Shown in pieces: positions 40,118-49,557 of a stretch of DNA of 64,000 nucleotides (its first letter is position 1; the number at the start of each line of letters is the position of its first letter). The notes beneath the pieces were generated by a model. The model was not told where the DNA came from. It ran no database searches and saw only the letters and a list, made by a program, of their open reading frames with translations. Source of the DNA: Polyangiales bacterium (lineage in GTDB: Bacteria > Myxococcota_A > Polyangia > Polyangiales > Polyangiaceae); assembly GCA_038230375.1 (NCBI GenBank), contig JBBRNJ010000010.1, positions 1 through 64,000 of the forward strand, in the 5' to 3' direction. The position numbers were made by a program, and so were the translations under genes.

Positions 40118-41557
40118 ATGAACCTGGTGCCGAAGCTGACCACGGGCCTCATCGCGGGAACGGTGCTCATCCTGGCGTGCAATGCCTACTTCCGCGTGAA
40201 GCGCGAGACCGCGCTCCTGCAGGCCGATCGCGTCCACAACCATGCCCTCGTGGGTCGGGCGCTCGGCGCGGCGGTGTCTGCGGTGTGGCGCTCCGACGGG
40301 AAGCCCGGCGCGCTGCGGGTCGTGCAAGGCGCCAACGAGCGCGAAGGCGTTGTCCGCATACGATGGGTCGACACCGCGGCTGTGGGCACGGAGGCGCATG
40401 CGGAGGCCGCTGCGCTCACGGCGTTGCCCGTCGGCGAGACGCTGACGCGCGTGGCCCCCACGCCGACCGGCGACGAACGCGTGAGCTACACGGCCGTGGC
40501 CGCGGACACGGAGCGCGTCGGCTTCGTCGAGCTCTCGGAGACGCTCGACGCGGAGCGCAGCACCGCTCGCACGATCGTCACTGACACGCTGCTCACCACA
40601 CTCACGCTGGTCATCGTGTGTGGTGCCCTCGCGGCGCTCCTTGGCCTGTGGTTCGTGGGGCGCCCGATCAAGGCGCTCTCGGCCAAGGCTCGTCGCATTG
40701 GCACGGGGGACTTCAGCGAGCCGCTCGCGCTACCGGAGGGGGACGAGCTTGGTCTGCTTGCCATCGAGGTGAACGCGATGTGCGAGCGCCTCACCGACGC
40801 GACCAGGCGCGTCGAGCGGGAGACCGCCGCCCGCATCGCGACCCTCGAGCAGCTCCGCCATGTCGACCGCCTGACGACGGTCGGCAAGCTCGCGTCCGGC
40901 GTCGCGCACGAGCTCGGGACGCCGCTCAACGTGGTGTCTGCGCGCGCCAAGATGATCGCCAAGGGCGAGACCACAACGGAGGAGACCACGGAGTACGCGC
41001 GCATCATCGCTGACGCCGCAGACCGCATGACCAAGATCATCAGGCAGCTACTTGCGTTCGCGCGACGCAAGGCCACGCAGAAATCCCGCTGCGATCTCTC
41101 CCGCGTCGCCAGGGACACCATCGAGCTGCTGCGTCCGATGGCGACGAAGGCCGACGTCCGCTTCGAGATCAGCGAGGCAGAGGCGGTCGCGGACGTCGAC
41201 GGCGACGCCATCCAACAGGTCTTCACCAACCTCTTCGTGAACGCGATCCAGTCTGCGCCGAAGGGCGGAAAGATCGACGTGAGCCTCACGTACGAGCAGC
41301 GAGCGCGTGACGACGCCCACCCAGGGCGGCACCTGGTGGTGACTGTGCACGACAACGGCGAAGGCATCGCTCCCGAGCACCTGGCGCACGTCTTCGAGCC
41401 GTTCTTCACCACGAAGGAGGTGGGGCAGGGAACGGGCCTGGGTCTGTCGGTCACCCACGGTATCGTGGAGGACCACGGTGGCTTCATCGAGGTCGCAAGC
41501 CCGCACGGAATGGGGGCGACGTTTCAGGTCCACCTTCCCGCCAAGGAGCCCTCGTGA
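40118..41557 (+). CDS. HAMP-domain sensor histidine kinase
   Basis: 2 TM, HAMP (DELG.L), GVAHELGTPL, DNGEG, FFTTK..GTGLGL. Confidence 0.93.
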   Translation: MNLVPKLTTGLIAGTVLILACNAYFRVKRETALLQADRVHNHALVGRALGAAVSAVWRSDGKPGALRVVQGANEREGVVRIRWVDTAAVGTEAHAEAAALTALPVGETLTRVAPTPTGDERVSYTAVAADTERVGFVELSETLDAERSTARTIVTDTLLTTLTLVIVCGALAALLGLWFVGRPIKALSAKARRIGTGDFSEPLALPEGDELGLLAIEVNAMCERLTDATRRVERETAARIATLEQLRHVDRLTTVGKLASGVAHELGTPLNVVSARAKMIAKGETTTEETTEYARIIADAADRMTKIIRQLLAFARRKATQKSRCDLSRVARDTIELLRPMATKADVRFEISEAEAVADVDGDAIQQVFTNLFVNAIQSAPKGGKIDVSLTYEQRARDDAHPGRHLVVTVHDNGEGIAPEHLAHVFEPFFTTKEVGQGTGLGLSVTHGIVEDHGGFIEVASPHGMGATFQVHLPAKEPS

Positions 41558-42924
41558 CCACCCATGTCCTCATCGTCGACGACGACCAGGCGCTGTGCGA
41601 GACCCTCGAGGTGGGCCTCAGGAAGCGAGGCATCCATGCGACGTGGAGGACCTCTGCGACCGACGCGCTCGCCCTGATCCAGGAAGGTGACTTTGACGCT
41701 GTCGTCACGGACCTCAACATGCGCGAGATGAACGGCATCGAGCTCTGCGAGCGCGTCGACCAGAATCGGCCTGATCTACCGGTGATCGTGCTCACCGCGT
41801 TCGGCAGCCTCGACTCCGCGGTCGCCGCGATCCGCGCGGGCGCCTACGACTTCATCGGCAAGCCTGTCGAGATGGACGCCCTCGCGATCGCCATCGACCG
41901 CGCCGCGAGCCACCGCAGGCTGCGCGAAGAGGTGAGGCGCCTCAGGCGGGAGGTCCCACAGCGGCCCTCGCACGACGATCTGCTGGGCGACAGCGCCGCG
42001 ATGCGTCGGGTGCACGAGCTGCTCTCCCGGCTGTCGGAGTCGGAGGCGACCGTGCTCGTGGTCGGCGAGAGCGGGACTGGTAAGGAGGTGGTGGCGCGCG
42101 CCATCCACAAGCACAGCAAGCGCACGAACGGGCCGTTCGTGGCAATCAACTGCGCCGCGGTCCCGGAGCAGCTGCTCGAGAGTGAGCTGTTCGGCCACGC
42201 GAGGGGCGCATTCACGGACGCGAAGGAGTCGCATCCAGGCCTGTTCGTGCAGGCGAAGGGCGGCACGCTCTTCCTCGACGAGATCGGCGACATGCCGCTC
42301 GGCCTCCAGCCGAAGCTCTTGCGGGCCCTTCAGGAGCGCGTCGTTCGCCCGCTCGGCGGCAAGGCGGAGATCCCGGTGGACGTACGTATCGTGGCCGCCA
42401 CGAACCGAGACCTGGAGTCCGCGATCGAGGAGAAGCGCTTCCGCGAGGACCTCTTCTATCGCATCAACGTGGTGCAGATCCCGCTGCCACCGCTGCGTGC
42501 GCGGGGCGGCGACATCCTGCCGCTCGCACAGGAATTCATCCGGCGCTACGCCGCCGAGGCGCACAAGGACGTCACCGGCTTCTCGAAGGAGGTGGCGGAG
42601 AAGCTGACCGCCTACGCGTGGCCCGGCAACGTGCGTGAGCTCCAGAACAGCATCGAGCGCGCGGTCGCGTTGACCCGACTCCAGGAGATCTGCGTCGACG
42701 ATCTGCCGGAGAAGATCCGCGACTATCGCTTCTCGCACGTGGTGGTCGCCGGCAACGACCCCGCGGAGCTGGTCCCGCTCGAGGAGGTCGAGCGTCGCTA
42801 CATCTTGCGTGTGCTCGAGGCGGTCGCCGGGAACAAGACCGCTGCGGCCCGCGTGCTCGGACTGGAGCGAAAGACGCTGTATCGGAAGCTGGAGCGATAC
42901 GGCTCGGTCCCCAGCACGAAGTGA
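41554..42924 (+). CDS. Sigma54-dependent response regulator (NtrC/AtoC family)
   Basis: Receiver, GESGTGKE, ESELFGH..GAFTDA, LFLDEIG, WPGNVREL, Fis-type HTH. Confidence 0.95.
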   Translation: MTTHVLIVDDDQALCETLEVGLRKRGIHATWRTSATDALALIQEGDFDAVVTDLNMREMNGIELCERVDQNRPDLPVIVLTAFGSLDSAVAAIRAGAYDFIGKPVEMDALAIAIDRAASHRRLREEVRRLRREVPQRPSHDDLLGDSAAMRRVHELLSRLSESEATVLVVGESGTGKEVVARAIHKHSKRTNGPFVAINCAAVPEQLLESELFGHARGAFTDAKESHPGLFVQAKGGTLFLDEIGDMPLGLQPKLLRALQERVVRPLGGKAEIPVDVRIVAATNRDLESAIEEKRFREDLFYRINVVQIPLPPLRARGGDILPLAQEFIRRYAAEAHKDVTGFSKEVAEKLTAYAWPGNVRELQNSIERAVALTRLQEICVDDLPEKIRDYRFSHVVVAGNDPAELVPLEEVERRYILRVLEAVAGNKTAAARVLGLERKTLYRKLERYGSVPSTK

Positions 42925-42932
42925 GCGTTTCC

Positions 42933-42962
42933 TTCGGACTCGCCGCGACAAAATGACTCGCC
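42933..42962. promoter_or_regulatory. Putative activator-binding sequence TTCGGACTCG..CAAAATGACTCGCC
   Basis: Near-identical copy at 47343..47372; both lie about 50-55 bp upstream of a sigma54 promoter match. Confidence 0.6.
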
Positions 42963-43012
42963 TGGGACGAGCGCGACGATGAACACGCGGCGGTAGGACG
43001 TGCCTCCTTCGT

Positions 43013-43028
43013 GGGCACGCGCATTGCT
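43013..43028 (+). promoter_or_regulatory. Putative sigma54 promoter GGGCACGCGCATTGCT
   Basis: GGCAC-N5-TTGC. Confidence 0.7.
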
Positions 43029-43054
43029 GCTCCGTGCCTGTGCTCTGGAGCTGG

Positions 43055-43570
43055 GTGATCGATGTGTTGCGTCCACCGGTGAGCGTGCCGCCCGTGGTTG
43101 CACACGTGAAGAACGCAGGCCTGGCCGCGATGGTGGTGGATATCCAGGCCATCTCGCTGCCCTCCGGTCGGCGACGCAGCTTCAGGGCGTTCGTGCTGGG
43201 CGGGCGCTGCATCCTCCCGTGGCTGTCAGATTCGCGTCGCATGACATGGCTGCTTCGTGACACGCTGAACCGGGAGGCGCGCGTCGAGGCCACGCCGGAG
43301 CTGGCGCTCGCCGGGGAGCCCGTGGAGCTGGTGCTCGAGCCATGCACGAAGGATGGCGAAGGCGCCGCCACCCAGATGCGCAGCTTCCGCCGAGGCGAAG
43401 ATCGCTGGCACATCGAGCGCATCGGCCCGGTGGTCAAGGTGTGGGCGTCCGTCGACGCGGGTCCGCCGATAGAGACGCTTCGCTTCTTCCTGGACGACCA
43501 TGACGCCGAGACGGCGATGACCTTGCGCGTCGCCGAGCACCTCGCCGCGGGCTTCCACGAGGCCGAGTGA
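43055..43570 (+). CDS. Hypothetical protein
   Basis: GGAG then GTG start after the sigma54 promoter match; typical codon usage. Confidence 0.65.
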   Translation: MIDVLRPPVSVPPVVAHVKNAGLAAMVVDIQAISLPSGRRRSFRAFVLGGRCILPWLSDSRRMTWLLRDTLNREARVEATPELALAGEPVELVLEPCTKDGEGAATQMRSFRRGEDRWHIERIGPVVKVWASVDAGPPIETLRFFLDDHDAETAMTLRVAEHLAAGFHEAE

Positions 43571-43589
43571 CCGAAGGGCGACGTGTAGA

Positions 43590-43956
43590 CCTGTCGCGCG
43601 GCGCTGAGCATGCTGGCCTCGATCTCTTGCCGTGGGTCGGCGTAGACGACGTCACTGGCCCGGGCCTGGTTGACCGCGGCGTTCACCACGGTCGTCTGAC
43701 CGACGGCGGCGGCGACATCGACAGCGGCGAAGTGCCAGTTCATGAAGACGTCGCAGAACTCACGCGCGACAAGCTGCCGTGAGAGTCCCTCCGTGTTGGT
43801 GACGTCGTAGTGCTGGAGCTCCGGGCCCACGGCGCACCGGAACCCGAAGTTGCGCTGGTTGACGGTCTGGCGAGGCACCAGGTCGTACTCGATGCCCGCG
43901 GAGCCGTTCGGGCGCATCCTGAAATTCGCCTGGGAGTTCTTCTCGGCCGAGAGCAT
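43590..43956 (-). pseudogene. Probable remnant of an outer-membrane protein gene
   Basis: Protein-like beta-strand stretch (SAGIEYDLVPRQTVNQRNFGFRC) without signal peptide or nearby in-frame stop; boundaries approximate. Confidence 0.4.
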
Positions 43957-44076
43957 GAGTCCGGCGCTCCATCGGCGAGGTGGTGGTGGTGCGTCAGCGG
44001 GCCCACGCCCAGAGCGCCTGCAGCGCGTCGTCGTCTTCGAGCGCTCTTCCGCGTTCCGTCATGTGCCGTGCTGCTC

Positions 44077-44092
44077 AGCAATGGGAGTGCCA
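44077..44092 (-). promoter_or_regulatory. Putative sigma54 promoter TGGCACTCCCATTGCT
   Basis: Close to consensus; GTGTC-N5-GACAC palindrome at 44144..44158 upstream. Confidence 0.7.
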
Positions 44093-44219
44093 GCCTCCCC
44101 CGCTCGCTTCCCGTGGATTTTCGAGCTCGCCCTGCGATACACCGTGTCGAGATGACACACCCACGTCAACGGCCACCACGCGTGCGGAGGCTCGTCGCGG
44201 GCGCGCTCCGAAGCTGGCT

Positions 44220-44681
44220 CTACGGGTCGGAGTCCCCAGCGTCCTCGACGTCGACCTGGGCATTTGCCACGAGCGGCGAATCGTCGTGGTGACGTAGGAG
44301 GCGGATGACAGCGGTTCGCAGGTCCTTCACGTCGAACGGCTTGCCGATCAGCGTGGCGCCCAGGTGCTCGGCCTTCACGCGCGTCAGCTGATCGGGGAAC
44401 GCGGTCATCAGGATCACGGGCGTCTGGCTCTCGCTCGCCCGCAGCGCGGCCAGCAGGTCCAGTCCGCTGAACCCAGGCATGCGCACGTCGCTCACGATGA
44501 GGTCCCATGGCTCACACTCGTCGTCGAACGACTCGGCGATGGAAGCAAGCAGAAGCGCTCCATCGCGTGCCTCGGCCACACGGTGCCCGTCTCTCCGAAG
44601 TGCCTCGGCGACGAGACGTCGCATCTCGTCATCATCATCCGCGACGATCAGCCGAGCCGCTGCGTTCGTTGAGGGTTCCAT
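44220..44681 (-). CDS. Single-domain response regulator
   Basis: IVADDD, DLIVSDVRMPG, ILMTAF, KPFD. Confidence 0.9.
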   Translation of the reverse strand: MEPSTNAAARLIVADDDDEMRRLVAEALRRDGHRVAEARDGALLLASIAESFDDECEPWDLIVSDVRMPGFSGLDLLAALRASESQTPVILMTAFPDQLTRVKAEHLGATLIGKPFDVKDLRTAVIRLLRHHDDSPLVANAQVDVEDAGDSDP

Positions 44682-44692
44682 GCATCCCTCCG

Positions 44693-44708
44693 AGCAAGCA
44701 ACGCGCCC
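44693..44708 (-). promoter_or_regulatory. Putative sigma54 promoter GGGCGCGTTGCTTGCT
   Basis: GG-N10-GC with TTGCT, immediately upstream of ATG 44681. Confidence 0.5.
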
Positions 44709-44825
44709 GCGCAGAAACCGCGAACCTGCACGCCCACGACGGGATCGCGCACGTGTCGTGACGACACGGTGTGTCGCAGGCGCCCACTGCGGACCGCATC
44801 TGACCGCGTTTTTGTGGGGTCCATG

Positions 44826-44841
44826 TGGCACCGATGTTGCT
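44826..44841 (+). promoter_or_regulatory. Putative sigma54 promoter TGGCACCGATGTTGCT
   Basis: Close to consensus; GTGTC-N5-GACAC palindrome at 44753..44767 upstream. Confidence 0.75.
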
Positions 44842-44862
44842 GGTGGGCATGCAGAGGCACCC

Positions 44863-45399
44863 ATGAAGAAAGAAATCGCTCTCGTTCTCTGCGCGGTCAC
44901 GATGAACGTCGTCGGCTGCGCGAATCCACCGCCTGCGAAGGTCGCGACCCCGGCGCCGCAGACAGAGACGACGAAGGCCGCCACGACCACCGCACCCGCG
45001 CCCAAATACGATGGCTCGGCCGTAGCGGTCGGCGGCGATCTCATGACCCTGTGCAAGGTGGCGATGGGAAGCACGGAGGCCGCGCCCAAGTTCGACTTCG
45101 ACAACAGCGCCCTGTTGCCGCAGGACCGTCAGGTGCTTGCGCAGATCGCAAGGTGTGTAACCACGGGTCCGTTGAAGGGGCGCGCGCTCAAGCTCGTCGG
45201 CCGCGCGGACGCCCGCGGTGAGACCGAGTACAACTTCGCGCTCGGCGAGCACCGCGCCGGGGCCGTGCAGGGCTACCTCATGCAGCTTGGCGTGGACAAG
45301 GCGAAGCTCGCGGAGACGTCGCGCGGAAAGCTCGATGCGACGGGCTCCGACGAGGCGGGCTTCGAGCGCGACCGTCGTGTAGACCTGCTCCTTCAGTGA
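44863..45399 (+). CDS. OmpA/Pal-like lipoprotein
   Basis: VVGC lipobox; FDFD, GRADARG..EYN..LGEHRA, DRRVD. Confidence 0.9.
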   Translation: MKKEIALVLCAVTMNVVGCANPPPAKVATPAPQTETTKAATTTAPAPKYDGSAVAVGGDLMTLCKVAMGSTEAAPKFDFDNSALLPQDRQVLAQIARCVTTGPLKGRALKLVGRADARGETEYNFALGEHRAGAVQGYLMQLGVDKAKLAETSRGKLDATGSDEAGFERDRRVDLLLQ

Positions 45400-45430
45400 C
45401 CGCACAGGGTCGCTGCGTCTGGCCACGCCG

Positions 45431-47251
45431 TCAGGAGGGGATGTTCGCGCCGAGATACGCGTGCGCGATGGACACCTGGTCGACGAATCCCACGACCTGC
45501 TCTTCGTCGTCGAGAATGGGGAGCTCGCGCAGACCTTCTTCGCGCATCAGCTCGAGCGCGTAGCGGAGATCGTCCTCGGTTCGGAGGCCGAGCGGGGGTC
45601 GCATGATGTCCATCGCCATGACGACATCGTGAAGGGACGGCTCCGTGCGCAGGACGGCCAGGTCCTCCGCGGTGATGAGGCCGACGAGCTTCTTGGTCTC
45701 GTCCGTGACGGGAAAGACCTGCGCGGGATGTGCGATCGCGGCCTTTGTCATCTCGAGCGCGCGCGTCGTGCGCAGGAAGCTCGTGAAAGGTCGGTCGCGC
45801 ACGAGCTTGTCGAGCTTCATCTCTTCGAGCGCGTCGAGAATACCCTGCGAGCGGAGGTGAATGCCGTCCTGGGAGAGGAGCGCCTCGTAGAGCGGCACCG
45901 TGCGGAAGTGCCTGGCGATCACGAATGCGCTCATGTTTGCGATCATGAGCGGCAAGATGAGACCGTACCCCGACGTCATCTCGATGATGATGAGGACGCT
46001 CGTGATCGGCGCGCGGATCGTCGCGCTGAAGACAGCCCCCATGCCAACGAGCGCGAACGCGGAGACCATGTCGCCCGAGTGGTGGAACAGCACGCGATCG
46101 AGGGTGCCGACCGCGCCGCCGAGCATGGCGCCGATGAACAGGGCGGGCGCGAACAGACCACCCGCGCCGCCGCTCGAGTAGGAAGCGACCGTGGCGACAA
46201 CCTTCGCCGCGCAGAGGACGAGCATGATCTTCACGCTGAGATGATTCGCGAGCGCCTCGGAGAGCGCGTGGTAGCCGCCGCCCGTGACGCCGTCCGTGCG
46301 GAGCCAGAGCATGACCACGACCGCGAGAGCGCCCGTGAGCGCGCCGCCTGTCGCGGGCTGAGCCCACACGGGGATCGTCTTCTGCTTGCGAAAGAACACC
46401 CGAACCTTGAGCAGGCCGTCCGTGAACGCGATCGATGTGAAGGCCGCGGCGAGCCCGAGGGCGGCGTAGAGGAGCAACGAACGGGCGTCCGTGAGGCCCT
46501 GGGTCTGGGTGGTGCCCAGGATCGGGTGCTCACCAAGTATGCTGCGCTCGAGCACGGCGGCAAGCGCGGCCGCGACGATGACGCCGGAGAGGAGGGTCTG
46601 ATCGAGCTTGCCGACGACCTCTTCGATGGTGAAGGTGACCGCCGCGATGGGCGCGTTGAAGGCGGCGGCGATGCCTGCTGCTGCGCCAACGGGGATGAGC
46701 TTGCGGCGCCCCTGGGGCGACACGCGTGCGATGCGTCCCATCGTGCTCGCGATGCCCGCGCAGATCTGCACGGTGGGTCCTTCGCGACCGAGCGATGCAC
46801 CGGAGCCGATCTGGATCGTGCCGAGGACGAACTTGGCGACCGCGTCCCGCAGCGGGATGGAGCCGCCGCGCGTCGAGTATGCGACCTTCACCTGCGGGAT
46901 GCCGCTGCCGCGTGCGCTGGGCACGACGTAGCGAAGGAGTACGCCCGCGACGAGGCCGCCGAGGGTCGGCGAGATGATGGTCCAGATCATCCAGGAGTTG
47001 CCGTCGGCGTTCATCGCGCGCTGGACGAACTGCTTCTCCGCGAAGCCGATCGCCAGATGGAACGCCACCGCCGCAAGACCGCAGACCGCGCCGATGATGA
47101 GCGTGAGCGCAAAGAGGCGCTGCTGCTCTGTGGGGACCAGGCGAAACTCGACCTCGAGCAGCTTGCGGCGGAGCGCGCGGAAGCGTCCACGCAGACCCGC
47201 GACGGCAGCTCGGCTCGAACGGACCCCCTGACGGTCCCCTGATGCACCCAT
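45431..47251 (-). CDS. ClC family chloride channel/antiporter with CBS domains
   Basis: GSGIP, GREGP, FNAPIA, GGLFAP, C-terminal CBS pair. Confidence 0.93.
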   Translation of the reverse strand: MGASGDRQGVRSSRAAVAGLRGRFRALRRKLLEVEFRLVPTEQQRLFALTLIIGAVCGLAAVAFHLAIGFAEKQFVQRAMNADGNSWMIWTIISPTLGGLVAGVLLRYVVPSARGSGIPQVKVAYSTRGGSIPLRDAVAKFVLGTIQIGSGASLGREGPTVQICAGIASTMGRIARVSPQGRRKLIPVGAAAGIAAAFNAPIAAVTFTIEEVVGKLDQTLLSGVIVAAALAAVLERSILGEHPILGTTQTQGLTDARSLLLYAALGLAAAFTSIAFTDGLLKVRVFFRKQKTIPVWAQPATGGALTGALAVVVMLWLRTDGVTGGGYHALSEALANHLSVKIMLVLCAAKVVATVASYSSGGAGGLFAPALFIGAMLGGAVGTLDRVLFHHSGDMVSAFALVGMGAVFSATIRAPITSVLIIIEMTSGYGLILPLMIANMSAFVIARHFRTVPLYEALLSQDGIHLRSQGILDALEEMKLDKLVRDRPFTSFLRTTRALEMTKAAIAHPAQVFPVTDETKKLVGLITAEDLAVLRTEPSLHDVVMAMDIMRPPLGLRTEDDLRYALELMREEGLRELPILDDEEQVVGFVDQVSIAHAYLGANIPS

Positions 47252-47266
47252 ATGCGGCGGCGTTCG

Positions 47267-47282
47267 AGCATGAGCCGTGCCG
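47267..47282 (-). promoter_or_regulatory. Putative sigma54 promoter CGGCACGGCTCATGCT
   Basis: GG-N10-GC upstream of ClC start. Confidence 0.6.
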
Positions 47283-47425
47283 TCGGTGCTACGGCTGAAT
47301 TGCCGCGCTCCTGGGGATTTTCCGAGTGAATGGCTCGTTTCGTTCGGACTCGGCGGGGCAAAATGACTCGCCCTGTCGCGTCGGGATGTGCCCAAAAAGA
47401 ACATGTATCTTGCGCCGTTCGAGGC

Positions 47426-47441
47426 GGGCACGACGATTGCT
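47426..47441 (+). promoter_or_regulatory. Putative sigma54 promoter GGGCACGACGATTGCT
   Basis: GGCAC-N5-TTGC upstream of ATG 47454. Confidence 0.7.
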
Positions 47442-47453
47442 GCGTCCAGTCGT

Positions 47454-47900
47454 ATGAGTCACCCGCCCGGCGAAGCCAATCACGCTCGTCCTGTCCTCCG
47501 CGTCGTGCGGCGCCCGATGCGAATCGTGGTGGCCGAGGACGACCTCGAAATGCGCAGCATGCTCGTGCAGAGCCTGCGTCATGACGGCTACGACGTGGTG
47601 GAGGCCGAGGACGGTGAAGACCTACTCTCGTACCTGCTGCTCGACCAGGGGGCGGGAACGCAGACGCTGGATCTCATCGTGTCGGACGTGCGCATGCCGG
47701 GCGTGACGGGCATCGACATGCTGGAGACGCTGCGGGCAACGGACGACACGACGCCGGTGATCCTGATGACGGCGTTTCCGGACGACATCACGCGGGCGCG
47801 GGCGGAGAAGCTCGGCGCGATGTTGTTCGACAAGCCTTTCGACGTCGACGAGCTGCGTCTGGCAGTCGCGGCGCTCTTGCGAAGGACGGCGGAGAGCTGA
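47454..47900 (+). CDS. Single-domain response regulator, paralog of 44220..44681
   Basis: VVAEDD, DLIVSDVRMPG, ILMTAFPD, KPFDV. Confidence 0.9.
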   Translation: MSHPPGEANHARPVLRVVRRPMRIVVAEDDLEMRSMLVQSLRHDGYDVVEAEDGEDLLSYLLLDQGAGTQTLDLIVSDVRMPGVTGIDMLETLRATDDTTPVILMTAFPDDITRARAEKLGAMLFDKPFDVDELRLAVAALLRRTAES

Positions 47901-47942
47901 AGGCGCGGGCCGGAGGCCGGCCATCAACGCGATCACAGCCCG

Positions 47943-49376
47943 TCATTTCCCCTTCTTGCCTCGCGTGTGATCGGGCGTGGGCGCCACCAGAGCGCGGAGC
48001 TCGTCTCGTGTGGGTGCCACGTCCACCTTGAAGAGCACGCCCATCACGAGCTTCCACGCGGCGTCGAGCTGCGTGCGCCATTCGGGGTTCAGGCCGTCGT
48101 CGGCGCTCACGAACACGCGCACGCCGGAGTTTCGCTCGATGGAGATGTCGCGATCCTCCCAGCGATACCACCGGCCCCAGCTGTCCAGGCCGTTCGGCAG
48201 CTGGTCGCCGATCGTCTTGCGCGCCGGATCGTTCGCCTCCACCCACTTGCCCGGCTGCATGGCGATCGAGAAGCCGTTCGGGTGATCGGGGTGCTTCGAG
48301 TCCCAGAACACCTCGACACGACCCCAGAAGTCCGAGCGCGTATCGATGCACACGGTCCCGTTGCATGGGCGGCCGGGTCGGAACCACCCGTTGTCGCCGA
48401 AGTCGCTGATGGTGTGAAGAGAGCGGCTCGTGCGCGGCGCCTGGAAGCGGCTTGCGAGCTCCTGCGGAGTGACGCTGAGCGATGTGCCCGCCACGGCGAC
48501 GAGCTCCGCGCCAGTGAGCGGCACCGGCGGCGGGGGCTTGCTCATCATGTTCCGCACCGCGTAGCCCAGGCCGCCGATCGCGCCGAGAACGACGAAGAAC
48601 ATGAGGCATCCGCGGAGCGTCTTCTTGCCCTCCACCTGCTCGCGCGCCTGCGTCTCGACCTTTGCTTCGGCCTCGCTCGCCGCGAGGGCCGCGGCGTGCG
48701 ACTGGCCCACGAATCGCACGAACCACGGCGACATGGTCTTCACGGGGTGCAGGCGGCGCCAGAGCTCGTCTGGTAGGTAGACGTCGGTCTTGCAGAACTC
48801 GCACGGGATGGTGCGCTCGCTCTCCTTGGTCACGTGCAGAGGCGCGCCGCACTGCGTGCACGGGAGCGCGATGGGTCGCTCCGCATCCGCGTCGCTCTTC
48901 ACGGCGTCATCCTTGGCGTCCGCGCTCTTCGCGTCGGGTGCGGCGGTCGCGTCCGTCACGATCACGTAGCGCGCGGTGGACACCATCTCCGTGAGCCACG
49001 CGGGCGCCGGAAACCCGATCGCCTCCGCGCTGCACGACGCGCACGTGATCTTGGTGAGGGCATCAGACGGCGGCTCGGCGATGACGAGCGCTTTGCCGCA
49101 GGAGCCGCACTCTGGCGTCTTGCTCGTGCGGGTCGCGTGCGCCTCCACGCCGTCGATGTTGGCGTGTGCGCCGTCCGCGAACGGAGTGGTCTCGTCGGGA
49201 AGGTCGTCGAACCGCATCAGCAGCCGCACGAAGATGAGCGCGGGTACGTCGAAGTCCTTCGTGCATGCGTGGCAGTGCGCGCTCTTGGTCGGCGCATTCA
49301 GTGGAACGGGCAGGCCGCACGCCGGACAGTCGACGCGCAGCGTAAAGGCACCAGTGCGAGCTTCCATGATCGCCAT
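47943..49376 (-). CDS. Multi-zinc-ribbon membrane protein
   Basis: Six CxxC pairs in the N-terminal half, one TM helix, extracytoplasmic C-terminal domain. Confidence 0.75.
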   Translation of the reverse strand: MAIMEARTGAFTLRVDCPACGLPVPLNAPTKSAHCHACTKDFDVPALIFVRLLMRFDDLPDETTPFADGAHANIDGVEAHATRTSKTPECGSCGKALVIAEPPSDALTKITCASCSAEAIGFPAPAWLTEMVSTARYVIVTDATAAPDAKSADAKDDAVKSDADAERPIALPCTQCGAPLHVTKESERTIPCEFCKTDVYLPDELWRRLHPVKTMSPWFVRFVGQSHAAALAASEAEAKVETQAREQVEGKKTLRGCLMFFVVLGAIGGLGYAVRNMMSKPPPPVPLTGAELVAVAGTSLSVTPQELASRFQAPRTSRSLHTISDFGDNGWFRPGRPCNGTVCIDTRSDFWGRVEVFWDSKHPDHPNGFSIAMQPGKWVEANDPARKTIGDQLPNGLDSWGRWYRWEDRDISIERNSGVRVFVSADDGLNPEWRTQLDAAWKLVMGVLFKVDVAPTRDELRALVAPTPDHTRGKKGK

Positions 49377-49557
49377 CCCCAGCCCGCCTGGTTAGCACGC
49401 GAACGGATCCGCGCGTGAAAAACCAGGCGATTGCACGACCCGAAGCCGTCAATGCTGTCGGCTGAAAATGGGGCATACTGGAGCCATGCGGCATGCGGCA
49501 AAGGGCATGAGAGACGGCAACGTTCACTTCCGGTTCAACGTCTAGGCGAGCCGGCCT

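Noticed and set aside
42205..42222. GAFTDA instead of GAFTGA as a sign of a defective activator
   Set aside because: This variant occurs in other sigma54 activators; not evidence of inactivity
41776..43956. 726-aa minus-strand ORF
   Set aside because: Mostly antisense to the NtrC-type gene; only the first ~120 aa look protein-like and are treated as a remnant
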